In this document: piece after piece, positions 40,521-51,809 of the stretch | How the letters are laid out: the number at the start of each line of letters is the position of its first letter | Position numbering within the stretch: the stretch's first letter is position 1 | Assembly: GCF_001194135.2 (NCBI RefSeq) | Contig: NC_068983.1 | Span: 162,645,780-162,709,779, forward strand | DNA from: Octopus bimaculoides | Taxonomy: Eukaryota | Length of the DNA stretch: 64,000 nt | Direction of reading: 5' to 3' | The notes under the pieces: model-generated | The model's database searches: none | Seen by the model: only the letters and a program-made list of their open reading frames with translations | Told to the model about the DNA's origin: nothing | Translations under genes and position numbers: made by a program

Positions 40521-40897
40521 TTTTTACCTCCGCCTTAGCGAAGGCAGAGGTATTGTTTTCAGTCGTGTTTGTTTGTTTGTTTGCTCGTGGACAAGATATC
40601 TCAAGAACCACTGAATGGATTCGGATGACGCTTTCAGTGATGTTTGGCTTCGTGACTAGCACGAACTGATTAGATTTTTGGATCGATCCAGTACCGGAAA
40701 AGGATTCTGGATTATTTTTCCTGTTTTTTTTTTACTTAATTTTTGAGAGTGGTCGGGTTCATTTTTAGTATTCTCGTTTGTGAGAGCAGTTGAGCTTATT
40801 TCAGATATTCTCATTTTAAAAATCATCTCCGGCTAATCGTTGAGAGGACGTTGGTGTTGCCTTGGCGGAGGTTTGCGCTCTCTGAATTCTCTAGTTT
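40521..40897 (+). mobile_element. Helentron-associated non-autonomous element (HINE/DINE-like)
   Basis: 5' TACCTCCGCCT with nearby inverted copy AGGCAGAGGTA, (GTTT)n tract, 3' subterminal GGCGGAGGT followed by CTAGT, T-rich flanks. Confidence 0.7.
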
Positions 40898-41004
40898 AGT
40901 TCTGGTTCAGCCCTGTTACTAAAAATACTCCCATTTTAAATCGCAACCAAACAAAACACATCCAACAATCATGTCTATAAAATTCTACAACTCAATCCAC
41001 AAGT

Positions 41005-41210
41005 GTGTGTTTTTGTGTCTTGTGTCTGTCCCCCTTCACCGCTTGACAAACGGTGTTTATGTCCCCGTAACTTAGCGGTTCGGCAAAGAGGTTCGATAGA
41101 ATAAGTGCCAGGCTTAAAAAAAAGTACTCGGTTCGATTCATTCGACTAAAATTCTTCAAGGAGGTGCCCCAGCATGGCCGCTGTCTAATAACTGAAACAT
41201 GAAAAGTAAC
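41005..41210 (+). mobile_element. SINE family A 3' half
   Basis: CCCGTAACTTAGCGGTTCGGCAAA...CCCCAGCATGGCCGC. Confidence 0.85.
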
Positions 41211-41397
41211 AAATAGTATTTTCTATTGCTACTATAATGTTTGCCCCAATATTGGTTCATCTTGGTAAGCACCATCAGCTGTACGGACCCTTTGTCTCTT
41301 CGGCGTCTCACTTCCGGTCTTACAATGGTTTCTAAACACTCTTTTCATTCCTCATGTGTTTCTGTCAAAAAAAAAAAAAAAGCACCCGTCCATATCT

Positions 41398-41815
41398 ATT
41401 GCTTGTTTCAGTCATTTGACTGCGGCCATGCTGGGGTACCACCTTGAAGAATTTTAATCGAATGAATCGACCTCAAGTACTTATTTTTTTTTTAAAGCCT
41501 GGTCCTTAGTCTATTGGTTCTTTTGTCGAACCGCTAAGTTATGGGGACGTAAACACACCAACATCAGTTATCAAGCGGTGGTAGGGGACAAACACACACA
41601 TACACACACGCATGCGCGCGCACACACACGCATGCGCGCGCACACACACGCATGCGCGCGCACACACACGCACATACATAGGTTTCTTTCAGTTTCCTTC
41701 TACCAAATCCACTCACAAGGCTTTGGTCAACCCGAGGCTATAGTAGAAAGCACTTGCCCAAGGTGTTACACAGTCGGGGAGAACCCGGAACCATGTGGTT
41801 GGGAAACAAGCTTCT
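41398..41815 (-). mobile_element. Bipartite SINE family A
   Basis: Both halves with a (CA)/(CG) linker. Confidence 0.9.
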
Positions 41816-42948
41816 TTATTTCATAAATTTTGCCATAAAGGCATTACATAGAGGGGGCAAACAAAGACAAACAAACATAAAGAAGCTGCGTGCTGGACAC
41901 GGACATTAATGAATGAAATGAATACAAACAGATGAGTAAAAAATGGGAGAGGCACCGGCGCCCGCCGACCGACAACCCCTCGAAAACCTTGTTCAATAAA
42001 AATCATCAACAAAATCAATTTAAATCAAGTTCTAAAGTCCTCCACATCCGGGGGGGAAACAAGCTTCTTACTACACGGCCACACCTCTGCCTATACTAAA
42101 CATTTCAACGTAATTTTTACTTTCTTGCTCTGAAAATCCCTTGAATTCCTTCCTTTTCTCTACAAATTCCAACCTGAAGAAGTTGAATGGTCCATACGAG
42201 TCAAGAAGACGCCACTACAACTCAAAGAACAGTTTTATAATACTTCGATTAAATAATGAAAAAAAACCAAAAAAACAAAAAACAAAATTGCGAATAGTCT
42301 CCCACTTCCAATATTTTCCTTCGATCTCTTCTTTCAATTATCAATGAGCTTACATTAAATCAAAATTAGGTGTTAACCTGGACGAGTTGTTGATAAATGA
42401 TATTATTTAAGACAGATTATTGTCTGTCCAGACGATTTGTCTTTGTTTGGAACATAAAGAGAGGAAAACAAAAGTTTTGATATTTCCAAAGTTTGTGAGA
42501 AACTAAATAAAATCAAGAAACAAAGAAAAGCGAAAAAATCATTTATAAATTATGAGAAGAAAGATTAATAAGGACCGATCAGATTATAAGTCGCTACTTG
42601 TAAAAATTGATATCAGTAGCTTTTCTTGTCATGGCTGCAATTTGACGTAAAATTTCATTTTCAAGTAGATATTCTTATCAGTAAATTTTCCTAATGTTTT
42701 ATTATTTCAAACACATTTATCATTTAGTTGCATTGAAATTTTGAAGTTGTAATTTTAGAAAAAGAAGTCGACAAAAATCAAAAAAATTTGTTGCCAACAA
42801 AACACAAACTTGCTGATTACATCGTTTCATGTTGAGGCGTGATTATATCTGGGAAATATAGGAAATCTTGGAAGAGCTTCCAGGGAAGTCGACGTTGAAG
42901 TGTAGATTTACATAAACATACATACATGCATGCATACATACACACACA

Positions 42949-42993
<45 letters not shown>

Positions 42994-44081
42994 TTATATG
43001 CATGCATATTTATATATCTATGTACATACATACATAGATATATACATACATACGTACATATATATATATATATGNNNNNNNNNNNNNNNNNNNNNNNNNN
43101 NNNNNNNNNNNNNNNNNNNNNNNNNNNNNNNNNNNNNNNNNNNNNNNNNNNNNNNNNNNNNNNNNNNNNNATATACACGTACATATGTGTGTGCTTTTTG
43201 ATTGTTAACAATTTATCTAACTCGAATTCCACGCCCCACTCATTACACGAATATGCTAAGTATTTCTGCGCATGCCATACCAGGTTTAGCGCTGTTTACT
43301 ATCAACAGTTCAATTTGAATTTTCTGATTAGAATTAATTTGATACGAAATACTAAGTAAATTTACTTTTTATAGACGTTATGTATTGTGGTAAAACTTTC
43401 GTATTCTTGCACGCGCGAGTAACGCGACCACATGGTGAGAAATTCGCATACACACACATACATACCCACATATACATGCACTTATACACATTTGCTTTGT
43501 TTCAGTAAACCTTCTGTCCTGAGAATTTTCTAATTAAGTTGTGTCTCCTTGAGATCCATTCAGTTCTCATATTTTCAATCAGAAGCTTCCTGTTCCTGTC
43601 AAACTGTGTATCGTCACTTGAAGACGCTCTCTCCAGTTGAAGACGCTCTCTCTCCCAGATACACTTAAGTTTCCTCCCGTATCTCAGTTTGTTACCATCG
43701 CCATTAACAATCCATTTGCCGCCATATCTAACAGCACACTCCTTAAACACGATATCATGCTTCACATGTTAAAACTTCCATACCTCTCCTCTCAGGCTTC
43801 TACTGCCACAATGATTTCAGAGATCTCGAAAACAAGCCTTAATGGGGTCATCACAACCTAGTGCCTTTCAATTTTAAAGTCACAATTGCTACACATAAGA
43901 AGGAAACATTCTTAAACACCACCCATGAACAAGAGACAAATTGTAGCTAATGAAAGCGCTACAGATTATAGAACCCAATCTCTGATGATCTCGTATCGTA
44001 ACACATCACATTTATACAACATTGATTTTTCTCTAAATCCAGCTGCTGGCGTAAAAAGGACTGATATTGGATGACCACCTC

Positions 44082-44850
44082 CTAATATGGAAAGGTGATG
44101 TTCTTACATAGAAGTTCAATATATAGATCTTGGACCTTGATCTTAATACTCAGAGTACAGCTTCTCAAGATGTTATACAATTTTGAGAATGCAGATTTTG
44201 CCAGCGCTATTCGTTTTTTAATCTCCTTCACGCATTTTGCGTCTTCTGTGATCAAAGTTCCAAGGTAGTTGAAGGATGTGATTTGATTGTTCACTTTCTG
44301 CATGCACTTCGGGCTTTTCTTCTTTGTCACCACCGTACACTCTGTCTTCTTGCAATTTATGACAAGATCCTTCCTCTCATTTTCTCTGACCATTACATCC
44401 AGAAGTCTCTGAAGACCCCTTTCTGATTCTGTTGTTAATGTTTGGAAGTGAGAAGGTGCTTGAGAAGTGAAATGTGGCTCTTAAGGAGAATATTGAGGAT
44501 GATATGGACAAAGTGTCTAATGAAGAAGTGATGCCCCCGGGCTGTGGTACATAGGAAACTGCTTCGTGCGATAAGGGCCAAGCAACTGAGAATTTTTGGT
44601 CATGTGATGAGGAGAGAGGACTTGAAGAACTTAGTGATGGCTGGACAGATTGAATGGAAAAGAAGCAGAGGAAAGAGAAGGATGATATGGATGTCAAGTT
44701 TGACGAATTGGTTGGAAGAAAGAGGCATTAAACACCAGGAAGTGGAACTGTTACAGAAAACAAAGAACGGAGAATAGTGGAAGGACATGATCGCCTATGT
44801 CCTACATTCTTGATATGGCACCCAAAGAAAGAAGACAGAAAGAAAGAATG
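44082..44850. mobile_element. RTE-clade LINE with inverted 5' segment
   Basis: Minus 44082-44437: TTESERGLQRLLDVMVRE..INCKKT..FNYLGTLITED..EIKKRIALAKSAF; plus 44440-44850: EMWLLRRIL..QLRIFGHVMRR..GKRRMIWMSSL..WKDMIAYV then a GAAA-rich tail. Confidence 0.85.
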
Positions 44851-45571
44851 GTTCTACAATTGAATTCCAGCAGAAGGTCATCTGACTGAGTCGTAAATAC
44901 CAGCCACCAAGCTATTTCAGCCAATTGTTCATGGACTTTCTATTTCCTCTATTTGCTTATTATATTTTTAACGCCAGCTACAATCTCCATTGCTCCTACG
45001 GCAACCAGCCAGTTGTAGATTGCCTCCATTCAGGATTGCAAACCACCTCAGTTCTCATTCTGTTCACACTTAACCTGATATTTAACCATATCAGCCTCAC
45101 CACACCATTCTGGGGAATATCGCAGACATTATTGTCACTGTGCCTCTTTCTCTCTTTCTTCGACTAATACACACACGCGCGCGCGCACAGATGAGTGGGC
45201 ACGAGTAGGTATACAGTAGTATTTTTTTTTGAGGATAAGAATTCTTTTAAACTCGTTCTTTCTATAATAGAATGCGTTTAAATATATATATATTAAATAT
45301 ATACTTTTATAAAACAAATTTTACAAAATATATAGTATCTGTTAACAGTCTTAGCCAAAATCTCACAGTTGAGTTTTTGTATATATATATGTATACATGT
45401 CTCTTAAAGGATAGAGCTCAAAATCAATGCATTGAAGATACTTTATTGCAGCAACAATTATAATAACAGAAACAACCACAATAAGCCAAACCTATGCACA
45501 TTTCAATAGGGTATCCCGGAAAAATAAACCACATCATAAGATGTCTCGTAAAATATTGTAACAAATTACAA

Positions 45572-45612
45572 CATATTACAAATTTCTGGATACTCCATCT
45601 CATCAGGGTCGC
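45572..45612 (-). ncRNA. Hammerhead relic
   Basis: Reverse strand CTGATGA-GA-TGGA/GTA/TCCA-GAAA-TTTGT-A; stem I not paired. Confidence 0.4.
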
Positions 45613-46138
45613 ATTATTNNNNNNNNNNNNNNNNNNNNNNNNNNNNNNNNNNNNNNNNNNNNNNNNNNNNNNNNNNNNNNNNNNNNNNNNNNNNNNNNNN
45701 NNNNNNNNNNNNNNNNNNNNNNNNNNNNNNNNNNNNNNNNNNNNNNNNNNNNNNNNNNNNNNNNNNNNNNNNNNNNNNNNNNNNNNNNNNNNNNNNNNNN
45801 NNNNNNNNNNNNNNNNNNNNNNNNNNNNNNNNNNNNNNNNNNNNNNNNNNNNNNNNNNNNNNNNNNNNNNNNNNNNNNNNNNNNNNNNNNNNNNNNNNNN
45901 NNNNNNNNNNNNNNNNNNNNNNNNNNNNNNNNNNNNNNNNNNNNNNNNNNNNNNNNNNNNNNNNNNNNNNNNNNNNNNNNNNNNNNNNNNNNNNNNNNNN
46001 NNNNNNNNNNNNNNNNNNNNNNNNNNNNNNNNNNNNNNNNNNNNNNNNNNNNNNNNNNNNNNNNNNNNNNNNNNNNNNNNNNNNNNNNNNNTATATATAT
46101 ATATATATCTGTAATTAATATGTGACAATTATTCGGTA

Positions 46139-46209
46139 GCCATGATAAAACTCCGAGTTTCGGATGTCTGAGGCAGAAACCCACGCCGCTATCTCTTCAG
46201 TTATCTGGC
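46139..46209 (-). ncRNA. Hammerhead motif in left arm of the fold-back
   Basis: Reverse strand GCCAGATAA-CTGAAGA-GAT...ATCC-GAAA-CTCGGAGT-T-TTATC-A-TGGC. Confidence 0.65.
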
Positions 46210-46507
46210 CATCGAAAAATGCTATGAAAATGACCGTTAAACAAAGGGAAATTACTGTGATTGACCGTCATTAAGACAAAAGAGCTATTAGAATGACCGT
46301 TAAATAAGGAGAGGGAGTAAAGGTAAGAGAGTAAAAAGGTGCATAGTTTAGGTGCGCTTACGCGAATACTCTGGACATTTTTACTCCCTTGCCTTTACTC
46401 CCTCTCCTCACTTAGCGGTCATTCTAATAGCTCTTTTGTCTTAATAACGGTCAATTACACAGTAATTTCCCTTTGTTTAATGGTCATTTTCATAGCATTC
46501 TTTGATG

Positions 46508-46578
46508 GCCAGATAACTGAAGAGATGGCGGCGTGGGTTTATGCCTCAGACGTCCGAAACTCGGAGTTTTATCATGGC
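46508..46578 (+). ncRNA. Hammerhead motif in right arm of the fold-back
   Basis: Stem I GCCAGATAA/TTATC-a-TGGC (9 bp, one bulge); CTGAAGA 46517-23; long stem II GATG..GGCGT/ATGCC..CGTC plus an extra C; GAAA 46556-59; stem III ACTC-G-GAGT; GUU site. Confidence 0.7.
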
Positions 46579-46710
46579 TACCGAATAATTGTCACATATT
46601 ATTTACAGATAAATTCGAGGTTTCTTTCTTTCTTTTGTTGTCTTACCTTTTCTATCAATATATATATATATATAGATAGATAGATATATAAACATATATA
46701 NNNNNNNNNN

Positions 46711-46753
<43 letters not shown>

Positions 46754-46784
46754 GGTGGATCAAAATGGTTTGATTCAAATTCCT

Positions 46785-46826
46785 TGGTACTCCGAGTGTT
46801 TCAAGCATGCTGCTAATCTTCAGCCA
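46785..46826 (-). ncRNA. Hammerhead relic or candidate
   Basis: Reverse strand TGG-CTGAAGA-TT-AGCA/GCA/TGCT-T-GAAA-CACTCGGAGT-A-CCA; 3-bp stem I, GUA site. Confidence 0.45.
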
Positions 46827-47170
46827 TTTTGAATTTGAATGAAAGAAGTTGATTGTTATTACCGTGCCGTAAGGTGGGCTGCGATTGGTCAAAGAAGGCC
46901 ACGTGGTATCGTGATTTGATATTGGTATAACCGTATTTATGTGACGAGTGTTATTTGGAAATTGAGCACGTGGTGGACAGGATATAGGAAATCGGTCGAG
47001 TTGTGGAAGGAGGTAGGAAGGGGTGGTATGTACAAGAACATAGTTGAATATGTAGGTGTGTGGACGCGTTTATATAGTTTTGCGTGTATGCCTGCATTGA
47101 TGCGATCGTGCACCTCTGTACTTGGGCACGTGCATGTGTGCATGAATACATTGTACATATGAATGAATAT

Positions 47171-47214
<44 letters not shown>

Positions 47215-48122
47215 CTCCATGAAATGTTGGATTTGTTCACTCACTCGATTATTTATATATACATATATGAGAAACAAAATAGAATGAGAAAGCTACAGAA
47301 GATTTGTATTATATGGTTAAAAATATATTAAAATCGTCATGTAGGAAAATGATATAAAATTTTGTACCTAGTGATATTGTTTTGGGAGAAATATACCGGT
47401 TTCGCATTTTCTTTTCAAACTTGTCAAATTTCTTTACCGATGTTGTGTCATCTATTCGTTATGCTGTGATGTAGAAGAGTCCGAAGCAGGGGGAGGTAAT
47501 CAGGGATTTTCAGTATAAGAGAGATAATCAAAAATGTTGGGAATCATTAGGTTTTGTTAATTTAACAAGATTTGGTTTTGATAGAATAAAATGTTAGAAA
47601 TGGTTAAGTTTTGGTTTATATTTTTCAATGAGGTAAGTATCCTTATTTAAAAATGCTAGAAATGGTTAATGATTGAAATATATATATATATATANNNNNN
47701 NNNNNNNNNNNNNNNNNNNNNNNNNNNNNNNNNNNNNNNNNNNNNNNNNNNNNNNNNNNNNNNNNNNNNNNNNNNNNNNNNNNNNNNNNNNNNNNNNNNN
47801 NNNNNNNNNNNNNNNNNNNNNNNNNNNNNNNNNNNNNNNNNNNNNNNNNNNNNNNNNNNNNNNNNNNNNNNNNNNNNNNNNNNNNNNNNNNNNNNNNNNN
47901 NNNNNNNNNNNNNNNNNNNNNNNNNNNNNNNNNNNNNNNNNNNNNNNNNNNNNNNNNNNNNNNNNNNNNNNNNNNNNNNNNNNNNNNNNNNNNNNNNNNN
48001 NNNNNNNNNNNNNNNNNNNNNNNNNNNNNNNNNNNNNNNNNNNNNNNNNNNNNNNNNNNNNNNNNNNNNNNNNNNNNCAAGGACTGTAACGGAAACAGGA
48101 ATACTGAAGAAACAAAACAGGA

Positions 48123-48193
<71 letters not shown>

Positions 48194-49183
48194 CATCATC
48201 ATTATTATTATATATGTAGACAGCCTTGCACACACATATAAGTGCTTATGCATGTCTACAAGCGTGTGTTCGAGTATGCGTGGGTGTATGTATGCATGTA
48301 TGTATGCATATATGTAGGTATGTATGTAGGTATGTATGTAGGTATGTATGTATGTATGTATATATGTAGGTATGTATGAGAATGTGTCTCCGTGCTTCGA
48401 TATGTTTTAGTGTATAAAAATAAACAACTCACATCTGACATTGATTCTTTGGCCAAAAAGACTAATAAAAAAGCATAAATGAATACAAGCATCCAAAAAT
48501 ACTAAGCAAAATGTATAAAAATATAAATAGTTTTCTTTTCAATTCTGCTAAACCGATGACGTTAATAGTTTTGGAAAGCTTCATATTATTTATGTTATAG
48601 CAATAGTTTTCTTAAAGAATACCAAAATGGATGTTTTGGAACTGTTCACAGATATAATTCTTTCTCTTAAGAAGCAGAACAATGTTCAGAAATCTGCCAA
48701 CTCTAAACAAACTCAATTCCAATATTGATCTCCTCACCTCCTGATCTTCTCAGCTAATATAATCCCTTTTCTCTTTTTAATTCTTCCTTTCTTCAACATT
48801 TTCCCGCCCCTTCTTTCTGACAGGTTTGGCTTAGTTTTCTCAATTGAAACGAAGCATCAAATTAAGTTTATATATATATTTTTCGTCCTGTCTTCCTATG
48901 GTTTCTCTTTCAGTTTGGTGCACAGGCAGAGATAAAGAAATTTTCTTATTAGAATACATCACGGTGAGATTAGGTCTCATAATGGTAGTCAGAATTCACT
49001 ACAAGAGAAACTCAACAGTCTTACTCAACCCTTACTCAGATGAGGGACACTAAACCCCCTTGTGTGGACCCTCCTCTACTTGTATGGACCCTTTTCTCCT
49101 TGTACGGACCCATTTCTCCCTGTATGGACCCAGCTAAGAAAAAATATTCTTATTTATTCTAATTTTCATATTGAATATAATTA

Positions 49184-49350
49184 TAGGCGCAGGAGTGGCT
49201 GTGTGGTAAGTAGTTTGCTTACCAATCACATGATTTCGGGTTCATTTCCACTGCGTGGCACCTTGGCCAAGTGTCTTCTACTATAGTCTCGGGCTGACCA
49301 AAGCCTTGTGAGTGGATTTGGTAGATGGAAACTGAAAGAAGCCCGTCGTG
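49184..49350 (+). mobile_element. SINE family A head, followed by (TA)n and a gap
   Basis: AGGCGCAGGAGTGGCTGTGTGGTAAG...GGGTTCATTTCCACTGCGTGGCACCTTGG...GAAAGAAGCCCGTCG. Confidence 0.95.
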
Positions 49351-49577
49351 TATATGTATATATATATATATATNNNNNNNNNNNNNNNNNNNNNNNNNNN
49401 NNNNNNNNNNNNNNNNNNNNNNNNNNNNNNNNNNNNNNNNNNNNNNNNNNNNNNNNNNNNNNNNNNNNNNNNNNNNNNNNNNNNNNNNNNNNNNNNNNNN
49501 NNNNNNNNNNNNNNNNNNNNNNNNNNNNNNNNNNNNNNNNNNNNNNNNNNNNNNNNNNNNNNNNNNNNNNNNNNNNN

Positions 49578-50178
49578 AAAGAGTATAGATGCTAGGCATG
49601 GCAGTGTACTTAAAAGCTTGCTATGCAACCACGTGATGCCGAATTGGAAGGACCCAGGACCAGATTTAGTTGAAGGGAACTGGCTAAAGAAATTTAGTAG
49701 TTTACATGGGAGGCTGAGGGAACAACTTCAGGATTGCATTAATGGAGGAATAATACCAGCTTGGACGACTTGTAGGAGGACAATATTCATTATGAAAGTT
49801 ACGAGCATGGGTAGTACAGCTAGCAATTATAGACCAATCACATGCTTACCATTAGTGTGGAAGTTGTTAACAGGAATGCTTTCAGAAAGCATTTACGAGC
49901 ACCTTGACAACCAGAATTTACTACAAGAAGAACAGAAAGCTTGCAGGAAGAAGGCCAGAGGAACGCATGATATATTATATATAGACAAAGCAGTTCTAAA
50001 TGAAATAATAAAAGCTAGAATGAAAAATCTAACAATAGCACGGATATATTATAAGAAAGCCTATGACATGATCTCACATTCAGTATAGCAGACCACATAA
50101 GAGAATTAATTAGCTTTAGCATGAGGAAATGGAAAGTAGATCTCTACTCAATTGACACACCCTTAGGGAAAGTTAATT
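49578..50178 (+). mobile_element. R4/Dong-like RT N-terminal domains
   Basis: NWKDPGPD..NWLKKF, SNYRPITCLPLVWKLLTG, EEQKACRK..RGTHDILYIDK, YKKAYDMISH. Confidence 0.9.
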
Positions 50179-50905
50179 TCCTCTATCCATCTGTTCAGAT
50201 CTTTAGAGATAGTTCCCAATGCACCCGTAACTACTGGGGTACATTTTACCCGCATTTCAATTGTCTCTGTAATTCAATAGCTAGGTTCTGGTACTTTGCT
50301 AGTTTTTCTATACTTCTCATATTAATTTTCTCATCATTTGGAACTGTAAAGTCTATTATCTGGCACTTTCTACTCTCTTTATCTACTACTACCAAATCAG
50401 GCCTTCTAGCTTCTATTACTCTGCCAGTCTGAATATTAAAGTCCCACAACATCTTGTACTTCTTACTTTCTAGTAATTTACTAGGTTCATGTTTATACCA
50501 TTTATCAGTATGTTCAAATCCCAGCTTTCTACATAACTTCCAGTGGATTGCTCTCCCTTGGTTGTCATATCTTTTCTTGTATTCTTTCTGTGCCAGCATG
50601 ATACATTCACTTACTATATGAGTAATGCTTTCCTCTTTTGATTTGCATAATCTACAGTGGGAATCTACTTGGTTTTTGTCTATCTTGGCTTTTATCCAAT
50701 TAGTCCTTAATGCTTGATCTTTCTGTCTTCCTCTTCAGATTTCCTTTCTGCATCCATAGTCATATCTCACTACTACTATCTGCCACAAATATCCTTGGGA
50801 ATCTACCATACAATACCTTCTGCCAAGGTTGTTGCTGGATTTGCTAATCTTTACTAAATTCCCACCAGAAAGTCTGTCTCTCATTTTCAGCAATGATGGT
50901 CATGT
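50179..50905 (-). mobile_element. R4/Dong-like C-terminus (CCHC knuckle and restriction-like endonuclease)
   Basis: DQALRTNWIKAKID..CRLCKSKEESITHIVSEC, WYKHEP, LWDFNIQT, RRPDLVVVDK..IIDFTVP..EKLAKY (PD-D/ExK type), PVVTGALG. Confidence 0.9.
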
Positions 50906-50922
50906 AATTGTATATTCTAAGA

Positions 50923-51135
50923 AGGCGGCGAGCTGTCAGAAACGTTAGCACGCCGGGCGAAATACTTAGCGGTATTTCGTCTGTCTTTACGTTCTGAGTT
51001 CAAATTCCGCTGAGGTCGACTTTGCCTTTCGTACTTTCAGGGTCGATAAATTAAGTACTAGTTGCGTACTGGGGTCGATGTTATCGACTGGCCCCCTCCC
51101 ACAAAATTTTGTGCCTTGTGCCTAGAGTAGTGCAG
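50923..51135 (+). mobile_element. Full-length SINE family B with target-site duplication
   Basis: TSD AATTGTATATTCTAAGA (50906-22) / AATTATATATTCTAAGA (51136-52), 16 of 17 identical; A- and B-box-like motifs in the head. Confidence 0.95.
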
Positions 51136-51777
51136 AATTATATATTCTAAGAGAGAAAAAGTTCTTTAACTTGTCTCAGACAATCAGGAATTTTTTTAGA
51201 CAAATTTCACCAATATTACAGATTCATGTTAGCATTGTTTCAATTAGAAAATTTAAAAAATGAAAACCAATTTAATTGAAGGTTGTAATAATGGTATTCA
51301 TCCGTATTATATTTGACCCAGGCTAACTTTTAACACACAACCTAAATCCTCATGTTTTCAAGGTTTCCTGATGAGCTGTAGAATAATTCTAATTTATTTC
51401 ACGTGATTATTAGCGGAGAGGTAAAAAACAACAACAACAACAAAAACAAAAAAAACAACAGAAACAACACAAAAACAGACAATTAAAACTGACGTCAGCG
51501 ATTGTAATGAAGCACAATGATGAATGCTAAGCACAAAAACAAGCAAAGCAACAATTGTAATGTTGATTCTGGATATTAATAATCAGAACTGGTTATATTT
51601 TAACAATCAAATCACGTTGAATATTTGAAAATAGAGAATGTTTAAGTTTTCTGACAATGAGTTCGCGACCAACCTTACACCTCTATCATAACGATCTGTT
51701 AATTGTAAACGACTGGTCCTCTTTAATGAAGAGAAATTGTATAAATACAAATACAAGTAATAATAATAATAATAATA

Positions 51778-51809
<32 letters not shown>

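Larger units (their letters stand above)
46106..46611. mobile_element. ~505-bp fold-back element: ~235-bp inverted arms and ~28-bp spacer
   Basis: 46106-46343 is the reverse complement of 46371-46611 (roughly 90-93% by eye); TA at both outer ends; no coding capacity. Confidence 0.95.

Noticed and set aside
49037-49135. CAGATGA-GGG..CCC cut off by a 20-bp tandem repeat (about 3.7 copies)
   Set aside because: GAAA and stems I/III are missing; cannot be called a ribozyme.
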